Assembly: GCF_964204645.1 (NCBI RefSeq)
Contig: NC_134025.1
Coordinates: 8,990,001-9,054,000, forward strand
DNA length: 64,000 bases
Origin: Tubulanus polymorphus
Taxonomy: Eukaryota > Animalia > Nemertea
Direction of reading: 5' to 3'
A program made the translations under genes and the position numbers. Position 1 is the stretch's first letter, and the number at the start of each line of letters is the position of its first letter. Of the stretch, positions 56,001 to 64,000 are shown in pieces. Below the pieces are notes generated by a model, which ran no database searches, was not told where the DNA came from, and saw only the letters and a list, made by a program, of their open reading frames with translations.

Positions 56001-57089
56001 TAATTCCTAAATCGTAGCCGTATCCACTGGTCCCTTTTCTTAAGAACAATTGAAAATGCGACGCGTAAATTCGTATTCCACGTTCTACCCGCTGACAGTG
56101 ATATTAGCAAGTCATTGCCTCTGAGCGCGCCGCGGCTACGCGATGCATTTTCTCGCCTCGTAGTTTATATACGATTTAATGGGTAAATCGCAAATTCTAC
56201 GAATTATACATAATTAATTTTTAAAAAACCATGGTCCTCAGAGATACGAATTAAGCGAGGTTGACTGTTGATATTTTTTACAACTTTTGTGGGCATTTGA
56301 CAATCTCCATTAATTTCGGGTATTTGAGAAGCGGTCTCAGTTCAATGCTTGAAAATAAAAGACCACCAAAAGATTGTTTATACACAAGATTTCGGAAGTG
56401 CTTCGGAGTTCTGACCGTGATAAGAAAAGCTTTCAATAAACTTTCCTCATGATACAGGTGTAGTCGGCCACTCCATGCCCAGGTATTGTCTTTTCGGTGA
56501 CACCGTAAACACTGCATCAAGAATGGAATCAACTGGAGCTGGTATGTAAAAAAATGAAAAAGTGTGTTTAGTATTTTGTGGAAACCGAATAAATCACATT
56601 TGATATCTGCTAATAAATATTTCTTAAAGCATTGCGTATACATATTAGTTCGTATACCAGAGCAGCTCTTGTTAAACTAGGAGGATACGTAATTCAGGAA
56701 CGCGGAAAAATGGAAATCAAGGTAAATCTTATTTCATGCATTTCCATTTTCTCAATCCAGCAGATATACTGCATTGACTTCTTTCTTCTCAGGGTAAAGG
56801 ACAAATGGAAACGTATTGGTTAATGAATAAAGAAAATTTTGGGAAATCGTTGCCTACATTTAATGACAAGCAAGTACGTACAGATATTCTTTTTTCCATA
56901 AGGAAAATGTCTATGGGCTATGATAGTTAATTCGGACCAAGTAAAAAAGAACTTTCGTGCTATACGCCATGCGAAAAAAATTAATCGTTCGTTTAACTGC
57001 GCTCGCTTTAGAAAATTAATTTCGCAAAAATGAGCGCCACCATGAGTCATAATATTCATCGAACAAAATTAATCTTTCAACAGGTTTAA
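23061..57089 (+). CDS. Receptor guanylyl cyclase (natriuretic-peptide-receptor-like): signal peptide, ANF-receptor ectodomain, TM helix, kinase-homology domain, cyclase
   Basis: Hydrophobic N-terminus from 23061; VDVIIGP; DTPPCGF; TM ~27810-27870; [23 protein letters not shown]; GDIYSYGII; [13 protein letters not shown]; [12 protein letters not shown]; [17 protein letters not shown]; [19 protein letters not shown]; [11 protein letters not shown]. Exons ending 29896 and starting 54161 join in frame across a 24.3-kb intron; final exon 57084-57089 is tentative. Confidence 0.93.
24971..25077. mobile_element. Short MITE-like element (possibly PIF/Harbinger-type ends)
   Basis: Imperfect TIRs GGGTCCAGTTTTACAAA ... 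TTTGTGAAACTGGGCCC; non-coding. Confidence 0.5.
29118..29290. mobile_element. Tc1/mariner-type MITE
   Basis: TIRs CAGTCAACCCCTGA ... TCAGGGGTTGATTG with TA on both sides. Confidence 0.7.
29941..30134 (-). repeat. 3' LTR of BEL/Pao element
   Basis: Direct repeat of 36163-36356; AATAAA on - strand ~30031-30037; G-rich PPT-like GCCGCCGGGAG just inside. Confidence 0.95.
30816..36143 (-). CDS. BEL/Pao gag-pol polyprotein (Gag with 3 zinc knuckles, protease, RT, RNase H, integrase)
   Basis: [11 protein letters not shown] (DUF1759-like); [24 protein letters not shown] knuckles; LFDEGAQ protease; DIEKAF and YVDN RT motifs; HIFADAS RNase H; HHCC plus GVDF/SDNG/FYERL integrase; WRNEYL C-terminal region; ORF uninterrupted; first ATG at 36143. 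Confidence 0.96.
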   Translation of the reverse strand: MGSEGRLTAIRRAQRGQMTKIFGKTEEKLAEILLVDESSRTLETVQPFSTLIDALFTKFEYLRQLDQQLMDEIADETELTNTIVESDDYLTEIQIKLGRFKLNLDNLLAKIPKPQSLNESVSTINRSSTTSTGSKKVNLPKLALPNFDGDILKWSTFYDNFISAVDSDPHLDDIQKFQYLVAQLTDEAARTIEGLQITSANYKEALTILVERYGQPHKIVNAYIRALLDLQPPQDHESLREFYDSLETYIRGLRALGKSEDAFGDILVPVVFDKLPSPVKTQISREHGDRAWTLKELRDAIRKEIQATQAGASCVNFDNEKLSALHISTKTRKNPASKNNSCAFCKGPHTAFSCDIIVNPKKRQDIIKANRKCYNCFGNHMVTACQSKYRCKVCKGKHHTAIHIDRNTDTHIESKNIHVNIAPTSSPVLLKSAIGQINYGSNSTTVNILFDEGAQCSFITKKSVNELGVRLDKFEKQDVNISTFGDNSPGARTLRSIDLKLRTRKGEIGLRALVVPEICPPIQNNVKLAVTNHPYLRNLPLAPYVNTSNCEINLLIGADYYWSIVENEVVRGAGPTAVSSKLGFLLSGPINLNANTSVLHTTCLLNTIHSNDEFSKLSNYWDLEVIGIKETIKSETMNFETYRDNYLKRDTSGKYIANLPWKEDYPPLPTNFDICTARTRSMVKRLSPELRQKYNAIIAEQLSREFIEIVENDDKSQGHYIPHHSVKKESITTPIRIVYDCSCKQGDNPSLNDCLESGPSLINDLVQILIRFRTNNVAFTSDIEKAFLNVKLGENDRNFTKFLWLSDPTDPDSPFKVYRFKSVLFGSTSSPFILNSVVKTHLQSENTEISIDMQSNIYVDNVLSGSHNAKKAIEYFEEATNTMSRGGFILRSWATNDPELRSLIKQQAMGENNEIVNVVGLQWDTISDTLQFSKAIKDPAMCTQSVVSKREVVSVTASLFDPLGLLSPVHIQAKMFIQKLWQSKQTWDEPLSDELSSLWFEIHQQLYACQHTAIQRPYFGQPTSECELHIFADASPNAYGAVAYLKTDKSTSIIMAKSRVKPLKEVTIPRLELLAALIAARLAKFIRDAFDKSNLSLTKCVLWSDSQITIHWIRSEKKLPTFVENRVREIRSVKFDIINYCPTKDNPADLLTRGINTQDLDNSRLWWFGPTWLPNGDWPIDRLNNSTVLYCSVNNSESHSQQCAELASTNSISVLSTTATPSEPSGIQKVIDVEQFNSLHKLLRVTACVLRFISIMKKTCQPRHNHITVPEIRLARTTWVRSLQDDEFSNEIKCIQKGGRGTQLTKQLNLFTDKEGLIRCGGRFQNANLNYNAKYPILLPSKHPYTKLVISDAHKMVLHSGLQSTLCYIRQSYWIPRIRQIVSPIIRKCSVCIRHDGKSYRAPITPPLPACRLKEAPPFTITGVDFTGHLYYRTKHSKQNKAYICLFTCAVSRAIHLEIVTDLTPASFMRAFRRFASRRSLPSQLISDNGSTFLSAENDIKEIFKSTKVRNFLSNKLVTWTFIPKRAPWFGGFYERLVGITKNTLKKVVGRACITLDELSTLITEIEATINDRPLTYMTNDDDEIIPLTPSHLICGRMITLLPQPVVEENELIDPNFNLPSIGFSDANKRMKYLDSLFQDYWIRWRNEYLPTLRENHCQTLKRGGITENHVKIGDIVIVHDDSKKRIFWQLAIIEGLNKGNDGLVRSAVIRTKSGITNRPLKKLYPLEINSDSGEKMNDESSPLISNIQPPMKIKRNAALNARNKIKNWCDKLVD
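36142..36159 (-). promoter_or_regulatory. Primer-binding site complementary to the tRNA-His 3' end
   Basis: - strand TGGTGCCGTGACCAGGAT starts 3 nt after the 5' LTR and matches the eukaryotic tRNA-His(GUG) end ...GTCACGGCACCA. Confidence 0.85.
36163..36356 (-). repeat. 5' LTR of BEL/Pao element
   Basis: Identical to 29941-30134; adjoins PBS; flanked by TSD TCAGG. Confidence 0.95.
36779..37579. mobile_element. Putative non-autonomous TTAA-targeting DNA transposon (Kolobok-like termini)
   Basis: TTAA|AGGCCCA ... TGGGCCT|TTAA with partial subterminal match (GCAGTA); no transposase ORF. Confidence 0.45.
37785..53903 (-). CDS. Sacsin-like protein (~4304 aa): 3 sacsin repeats with Hsp90-like GHKL ATPase modules, degenerate J-like region, C-terminal HEPN; nested antisense in the cyclase intron
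   Basis: Exons 53903-53894 (MNT), 53807-53701 ([27 protein letters not shown]), 51426-51313 (ELIQNAEDA), 51148-51001 (PALIVYND...[14 protein letters not shown]), 50411-38191 ([33 protein letters not shown]), 38099-37785 (HEPN). All GT-AG, phases consistent, 12915 bp total. Confidence 0.92.
53044..53285. mobile_element. MITE-like element with CAGGGGCGGATC-type ends (hAT-like)
   Basis: CAGGGGCGGATCCA ... TGGATCAACCCCATG; same end type at 62215-62475; clean TSD not seen. Confidence 0.45.
53445..53610. mobile_element. Tc1/mariner-type MITE with internal GTTTTGGCG repeats
   Basis: Ends share TTCGTTTTGGCGC in inverted orientation; TA-flanked; TTTGGCG repeated internally. Confidence 0.5.
54029..54038 (-). 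promoter_or_regulatory. Candidate NF-kappaB/Rel site upstream of the sacsin-like gene
   Basis: GGGGAAACCC on - strand fits GGGRNNYYCC, ~125 bp upstream of the sacsin-like ATG. Confidence 0.35.
55918..56267. mobile_element. Tc1/mariner-type MITE
   Basis: TIRs CAGTCAACCTCGCTTAATTCGT ... ACGAATTAAGCGAGGTTGACTG; TA on left flank. Confidence 0.75.
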
Positions 57090-58701
57090 AGAACATTCGT
57101 AAGGCAGGAAGCATTAGGAGTTTTGCGGTCGGCATAGCGAATGCAGTACACTGAGTATAGGCCCTCATACGTAGTAAAAAGCATCCTCCCGATCGGCAGG
57201 GTTCTTGATCGAACTAGTTTAGTTCCTAATTGTTGGTTGTGCTTACCCGGATGCTTACACCGTAGTTCGTATAAATATCCGACTGCTAAACCACAGTCAG
57301 GTTGACTGGTTCGAACCAAAAATAACATTCTCGAATCGCTATCGAGTCACATCGTAGTAATCACATCAAATTACATGTTATATCATTGAGCTATGTTGAA
57401 TGTACATATTGTTCAAATATTAGAATAAACAAATGTACCACAGGATTTGGAATTTATAGTATGATTATCGTCGGATTTGAACGCTTTTCGGATGGTAATG
57501 GAACCTCGTGAGAACAAGAATTTCATCCCAAATAGAAAAGTTTGATTTTGATACTGGATATAACAAACAGATTTTCTGGTGCGTGAAGTTCGATGCACTA
57601 TCATGAGAATCGTGTGAGGCCGTGAAACGGATCAACGATAGTACTAATTGAACAAATCGAATTTCATAAATCAAATGAAAATCATAATATTAAAAATTAC
57701 TTAGAATTATTTATCAAAAATTGATTCATCTTTTTGCAACATCATAGATTATAGAAATGTGACAACTATACTTGAAAAGTATCAGATCTCAATCGATGAT
57801 GCGCAACCCAGCACTAAAGCCGTACGTAATGCTTAAAAACTTTGTCTCATTTGATAGAGAATGAATAAAACCGGTATCGATGACCAGCTCCAGCATCGTA
57901 AAAACACGTGGATAATGGTTTTACTCATTGTGACAAGTCCCTGTGCAAAAAACACCAGATCGAAAAATTAATTCCGCAAATCCAGACCTAGCGCAGCGAT
58001 GTACTCGTTAGTTCACACTTTTACCGCTACGTTTTTGTATGGGGGCAACACTTGACGGTTTAGATCCAGCACGCTAGTCAACCATTGGAGAATGGGACTT
58101 TTTTGTGGTAGTATGTTTCTAACATCAGAAACCTGAATTCAACGAGGGAAACTGGGTTTTTTAACTCAACGCCGCTAGCTTTCGGTACACCCCGGTCCCT
58201 GCACTATCTAAGAACAATACGCCTTTGTCACTCTTCCTCAACTGATCATTACGGGTACTCGACATGGGTCAGAATCCAGATTCTATAGAAGAGTTCCTCA
58301 GAAGCTCGCATCTCAAGATGAACATTCAGTAAAATCAAATGACTTAGTTGGGAGCACAAAGCCTTAAGAACCGCAGACAAGAACAAACCACGATTTCTTC
58401 TCAATAGGGAGAAATCAAAACAAAAATACATTTTGACGTTATTCATGAACATTTTTTTCTATTTCATGGATTGCGTATTTTACAAAATAACCGAATGTCT
58501 TTAAGATCACACAAGCTGCATAAACATTGCTGTTTCATGTATTAAAAGTCCAAGTTTCTGTGTTCCTTGCGTGCCTTTTATCGAATCGAGTAAAGACAAA
58601 TATTTTCTGCTGATGAAACTATCGCTTCAAATTTTCATGCCTATTATAAGCGGCTCCAGCATTCTCTTGTCGACATTCAGTATGGAAAGAAAGCAGTCCG
58701 T

Positions 58702-59845
58702 CTACTTAGATCTGAAACAAAAATGAGGGGAAAATTCTTTGATTAAAATAAACTTCAAAGATTGCATTATAACTTATGCAGGGATAAGTCGTATCTAAAA
58801 TAGAATAACAATAAACTTGTGCATGTCGGTCACTTTAATTTGACTCGCTTATTTTCTGTCATGCATATATTTTTCCCTGACTTGATCTGTTAAGAATCTC
58901 AAAAGATTCCGATCAATTATTAATAGTCAAATAGAACCAGCTTAATTCAATGTAACCAATTCGAGGGACAGATCCATAACCGAGACAAAAATGGTCTTAA
59001 AATCTTGAGCTGGTCTTTAATTTGTTAGATTGGTCATAGAACTCAAGTCAGGTGGTCTTCTGGTCTACACCATGACTGAATGACTATTGAACTGGCCCCA
59101 GAAGAGCATTTACAGTCTTTGTCATCACCAGTCTTTGTCAGTACCATGAACTTAAAACTAATTCATAGCTTTGGCACTCAACTTAACCTGCGTCGCCCTG
59201 CTCAAACTTGTTGGGAGACTAGATCAATTTGAACACAGGCCCGGGAAGGAAAACTACTGATTGCAAAATTTATACTTTTACTCTCCTTTTCAGTCAAAGC
59301 AAGACTAAAAGCATAAAATCAACCAGCCTTGCACCTCAAAAAATAAGTCATATATTTTAAGGGTCTAATTGTGTTTACCTTGCTCTCATCTTCCTTCTTT
59401 TTCTCTTTAACCTTCTCATACGCTTCTTTCTCCACTGTAAAAGGAAAAATGTAAAAAATGAGATATAAAGCAAATAATACAGACCATATTCAAATCTTTT
59501 TAAGGCCACAGTAAACATAAGGGCGTATACAGTTTTAATTATTGAATAAAATGAAGTGGCAAGAATTAAAATGGTTGACCCATATTGCCATTTTCGTATA
59601 GGGCTTATCGCTAGACAAGAAATTCATGAATTAAAATCGGAAATAATACGTGTGTGGTTAACGCATTGTAGAGCTTATATTTATTGGTGCCTAACAAAAT
59701 ATTGCATTTGACAGTTTCAGCTTTTCAGTTAGCATCCAATTCTTGTGTCGTGAAAAAAGATGTCTGTGCACGATACATCTTCATACATCCTATCTACATT
59801 TAGATTGAAGAATTAACTTAAAATCAAGCTTACCTTAGCTCTCAT
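58702..59845 (-). CDS. RPL41: Ribosomal protein eL41 (25 aa, [25 protein letters not shown])
   Basis: Coding exons 59845-59834 (MRAK), 59434-59379 ([18 protein letters not shown]+AG), 58711-58702 (A TCT AAG TAG); GT-AG introns; probable non-coding first exon ~60000-59966. Confidence 0.95.
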
Positions 59846-59965
59846 CTTGCTTGAGTGTTATCTATAATAGAAAACGAATAAATGTGTCAGGTTTTCGGAC
59901 GAGGATGATCGACGAGCAAGTTGATATCGATGGATTATCGTACAAAATTCGAAGCAACGACTTAC

Positions 59966-60238
59966 CTCAACAGCAAGCTTCTATTTTCAAGGCGGAAGTG
60001 CTGGTTTCAGGAAATGACGTCATGATTCTGAACTCGAATTGGGTTCGAACCCCGTTGTTTTTTTTTAATAACATTTCTTTTTTGAAAAGAACGAAATGCA
60101 TCTTATTTTCATCACTATAAGAACTGAATGAAATTGTCGTGAAATAAATATGAGCTAGAAAGCTCTTCAAACCGAGTATGAAGCCTCGAACTATCCATTT
60201 TATGGGTTGATGCGGAATCGTCATCAGAATACAACCTC
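59966..60238. promoter_or_regulatory. Divergent promoter region RPL41 / TAF5
   Basis: ETS/GABP-like GGCGGAAGTG (59991-60000), CRE palindrome TGACGTCA (60015-60022), B-box-like motif (60041-60057). Confidence 0.55.
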
Positions 60239-63200
60239 ATGATGGCCGACGATAAACCTATAGCGGAAAGTACAGATGCGGTAAAAGAGGATTCAACTAC
60301 TGATAAACAGACGCTTTTAGCCGTTCTTCAATTCCTTAAGAAGAACAATTTGAAGGTAAGAATATATGTGATTTTTACATCGCTATATACCTCAGTTTGA
60401 TATTTATGAAGAGATTTTACTGTCCGTTTTTGTTGGATGACGGTGTATTCGATTAGATCCACTATTTAGTACTGAGTCTGTGTGTGACTTACTACATTTT
60501 TTTCTATCTCATTTAACTGCATTTAGGAGACTGAAGAAATTCTTCGCAAGGAGTGTAAACTAAGCGATGATGATCTCAGCAAAGATAAAGAGGACCAGAA
60601 GGATGATGTTTCACAAGCTTTAGCTGCTTATAAAAGGTAAGCTTTAAATGTCATTTGGCTTACTACGGTAGTCTCAATTGCAGATGATAGATTTTATGCT
60701 TTCATTTCAGTGAAGGTGATCCATCACTTTATGCCGACCTCTACTCAAGCTTAAAGTCGTATGTAGATTCGTCATTGGATGCAAACCGGGTAAGACTGAT
60801 TTGGAGAATAACATAAAACTAAATTTCTCTGAACTTGAATGATGAGAGTTTTTTTTTCTATTTAAAGTGCGAGCTATCATTGGTGCTATATCCAGTCTTC
60901 GTGCATATGTACCTAGAACTTGTATACAATGACCATGAGAGTCAAGGTAGGTTGTCGTTGAAATAGATCTGAAGAGGCAAGCTGGTGATTTTTCCGGTTA
61001 TGTTGGTTCTATTTATCTTACTATTTCAGCTCAAGAGTTCTTTGAAAGATTTTCGAAAGACCAAGAAGAGTATTACCAGGAGGACATACACAAGCTATCC
61101 ACCGTCACAAAAAAACAGCACATGCAGGGCCACGAATTGATGGATAATTTCAAAACGAGCAAATTTGTCATTCGAATGTCACGTGAATCCTACAGTCACC
61201 TGAAACGCCATCTACAGGAGAGCCAACAAAACAAACTTTTCACTTTTATCTTGGAGAAGATATACATCGACGGTGAGAATATAGTGTATAGTGTGACAGG
61301 GATGTGTTAATATATTTTTCAAATACTAAGATATGGATATTGCTATCCTATAACTACTTTGGGACTGATACGGATAAGATCGTCTAACAGAGAATTTCTC
61401 CTGGTGCAGTCCATGGATCTAGCGCAATTATTAGATATGAGGACTATTGTTTATTTTCCAGTGTTTGATGGAAATCCTCGCAGTAAACAACAAATCGACG
61501 CAGTCTCGGGAAGCATGACTGGAGAATCTTTGAGAGAGGGTAAATACCGTGAAGAACATATTTTGATATACACTGAGTACTGTGACTTGCGTGTTTGTTA
61601 TATAGAGCATTTTTTATACATTTGCAGCCAATAAAGTCAGGGTTTACTATGGCCTGCTTAAAGAGCCAGACATCAATATTCCGATAGAAGAAGATGAGGA
61701 GCCACCAGAAGAAGGATCTGAAAAACCAAAGGTTAGTTCGACTGAGATGCCTAAGAACACCTGTAAAGTTTAATTGCTGATACATTTTCAAATGGTGTAA
61801 TCAGAGCATCATTGGTGTGTTGTAAAATTTGCCCAATTTGTTTCGTACAGAAAAAGAAACCAAAAAAAGATCCTTCAGTAATGAAGAAAGCGAAGAATGA
61901 CCCCAATGCTCCACCATTAACACGGATTCCAATCCCAGATTTGTAAGTTAATTCAGAAGTATAATTATTCAGTATGGTGTAGATTTTTGATAATTTCTTA
62001 TTCTAACGAGATTTGTAAAATAACCGTTGTTTCGTAGGAAAGACGCTGATAAACTGGATAAAGTCAACCAATTTAGAGAATCACTGAAACGCGTTAAACT
62101 AGGACCTGATTGTTTGCCATCAGTTTGTTTCTACACATTTCTGAATGCATACCAAGGGTAAGAACAATTGGATGAAGAATGAACTTTTCCCAAAATAACA
62201 GTAGTTAATAGTACCAGGGGTGGATTCAAGGGAGGATGCAGGCGTTGCACAGCCTCCCTAAAAATGTTCAAGTCGCCCTGAGATTTTATGGGAGAATGAA
62301 AAATGTAAAACTGTGAATACTTGAAAAAGTTTAAATTCATAACCCTGTTCTCTGTAGGTCCTATTTCCAAAAATGATGTTTTCCGATAAGCTTTCTTTTG
62401 GGATGCCATTTTAATTCGCGGTGTTGCCCCTCTTCCGGGTGCCTCTACCTGAATCAGACCCTAGATCGGCCCCTGAATTCCAATTGGACTTCATATTTTG
62501 ATACCTTTAATTTGAAATTGTTTCACCAATTTAGCTGTCTGTACATAGTCTTTTTCTCTTTACTAACTTTTTGATTGTTGTAGAGTAACATCCGTGGATG
62601 TAAGTGAAGACTCAAGTTTACTAAGTGCAGGATTCGCCGACTCGTCGATTCGAGTGTTCACTTTAACACCGAACTCTCTACGAAAAATGAAAACATCCGA
62701 TGAATTAGAACTGATCGACAAAGAAGCAGGTATGATCATATTATTAGACAAATAATATTAATCTGATCTATGTGACTGTGTATATTGTTTTGGTGTCCTA
62801 AGAAACATTTTTAAGGAGATGAAGTTTAGCGTCTAGATTATTGTTGATGTAGATGATGTATTGGAACGGATGATGGACAACCGAACAGCTGAAGAGTGTA
62901 AATCACTGCTTGGTCACACTGGCCCTGTCTATTCAACATCATTCAGTCGTGATAAAAACTATTTGCTGTCATCGTCTGAAGATGGCACTGGTTAGTATTC
63001 TGTATACCGAGACACTTACCGGTAATCTATTAACTTCAGCGTCATGAAAAATTGTCAATATTTGATTGAAAACGCTTTTATAATTTCAGTTAGACTATGG
63101 AGTTTACTGACATGGACAAATTTAGTTGCTTATAAGGGACACAATTTTCCAGTTTGGAATGCGCATTTTAGGTTAGTTTTGTTTGTTTGATAGCCCTCAA

Positions 63201-64000
63201 AGTGAGTGTTATAAGAGCGAAATATCTTACAGGTATATTTTCTTAAATTTTTCAGCCCTCATGGACATTACTTTGCATCTTGTGGTCATGATAGAATTGC
63301 TCGACTATGGATTACAGACCATCACCAGCCAGTTCGGATCTTTGCCGGTCATTTGTCAGATGTCGAGGCAAGTTTCAAATACATGTAGTGTCAATTCATA
63401 ATTCCAATAGGTTTTTAGATCACCTGGGACTTAAGTCCCAAAGGGCTCTTTAACATTCCACCCGTCATTCACCAATCCATCAGAAAAATTATATCGATTG
63501 GAAACAAGATGGTCATTTCGGAATCCCCTTTTGTTTAAAACAGGTCATTATAATGAAGTATTAAGTTTAATAGATCAGATGGACCAGTCGATTTTTTTCG
63601 ATATTACCTTGTACAATATACCTTATCCATATTTTTAATTGCAACCAACGAAGTCAATGGTTCCTGTAAATGTTCTCGAAGGTTGATGAACATTTAATTT
63701 TACATATTTTCAAGCATTTTTCACACCATTGAGCATGGTGTCCCTGAATCCCTAGCTTGAATTGATGTAATATCTCTTTTCCAGTGCATCAGATTTCATC
63801 CAAACTGTAATTACTTGGCGACTGGTTCTGTGGATCGAACTGTACGTCTGTGGGATGTATTGAGTGGACAGTGTGTACGAGTACTTACAGGACACAAAGT
63901 GTGTATTTTGATAGAAAAAGCAGAGCTTCCACAATTCTTTTAGTTAATAAGCTGATAAGATTTGACCAAAACTTGTATTTCGTTTCAAGGGTCCAGTACA
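60239..64000 (+). CDS. TAF5: TFIID subunit TAF5 (WD40), 5' part; continues past window end
   Basis: LisH-like TLLAVLQFLKKNNLKETEE; ELSLVLYPVFVHMYLELV (NTD2); KNDPNAPP...RIPIP; LPSVCFYTFLN; WD40 repeats GHTGPVY...SSSEDGT, YKGHNFPVW, FHPNCNYLATGSVDRTVRLWD. Confidence 0.93.
62215..62475. mobile_element. MITE-like element (hAT-like CAGGGG ends) in a TAF5 intron
   Basis: CAGGGGTGGATTCA ... TAGATCGGCCCCTG imperfect TIRs. Confidence 0.5.

Noticed and set aside
57870-58450. Coding-looking stretch between the cyclase and RPL41 3' ends
   Set aside because: Stops in the frames examined and no recognisable domain; could be a decayed pseudogene or TE but unsupported

Overview
AT-rich, intron-rich animal (invertebrate, probably spiralian; taxon is inference) genomic DNA, not prokaryotic. 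In order: 5' part of catalase (-); head-to-head with a kinesin-14/KIFC1-like gene (+); SPAG17/PF6 (+), which has a minor-spliceosome AT-AC intron; a receptor (NPR-like) guanylyl cyclase (+); a 25-aa ribosomal protein eL41 gene (-) missed by the ORF track; and, divergent from it, TAF5 (+, runs off the window). One ~24.3-kb intron of the cyclase (29897-54160) holds an intact BEL/Pao LTR retrotransposon (identical LTRs, 5-bp TSD, tRNA-His PBS), a TTAA-flanked non-autonomous element and a complete antisense nested sacsin-like gene (~4304 aa). That gene has three GHKL-ATPase repeats, a 12.2-kb exon, no N-terminal Ubl, a J-like region lacking HPD, a C-terminal HEPN domain and a kappaB-like site in its promoter. 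An extended B-box-like motif recurs in three Pol II promoter regions. Exon boundaries were read by eye; family calls come from recognised motifs, not database searches.
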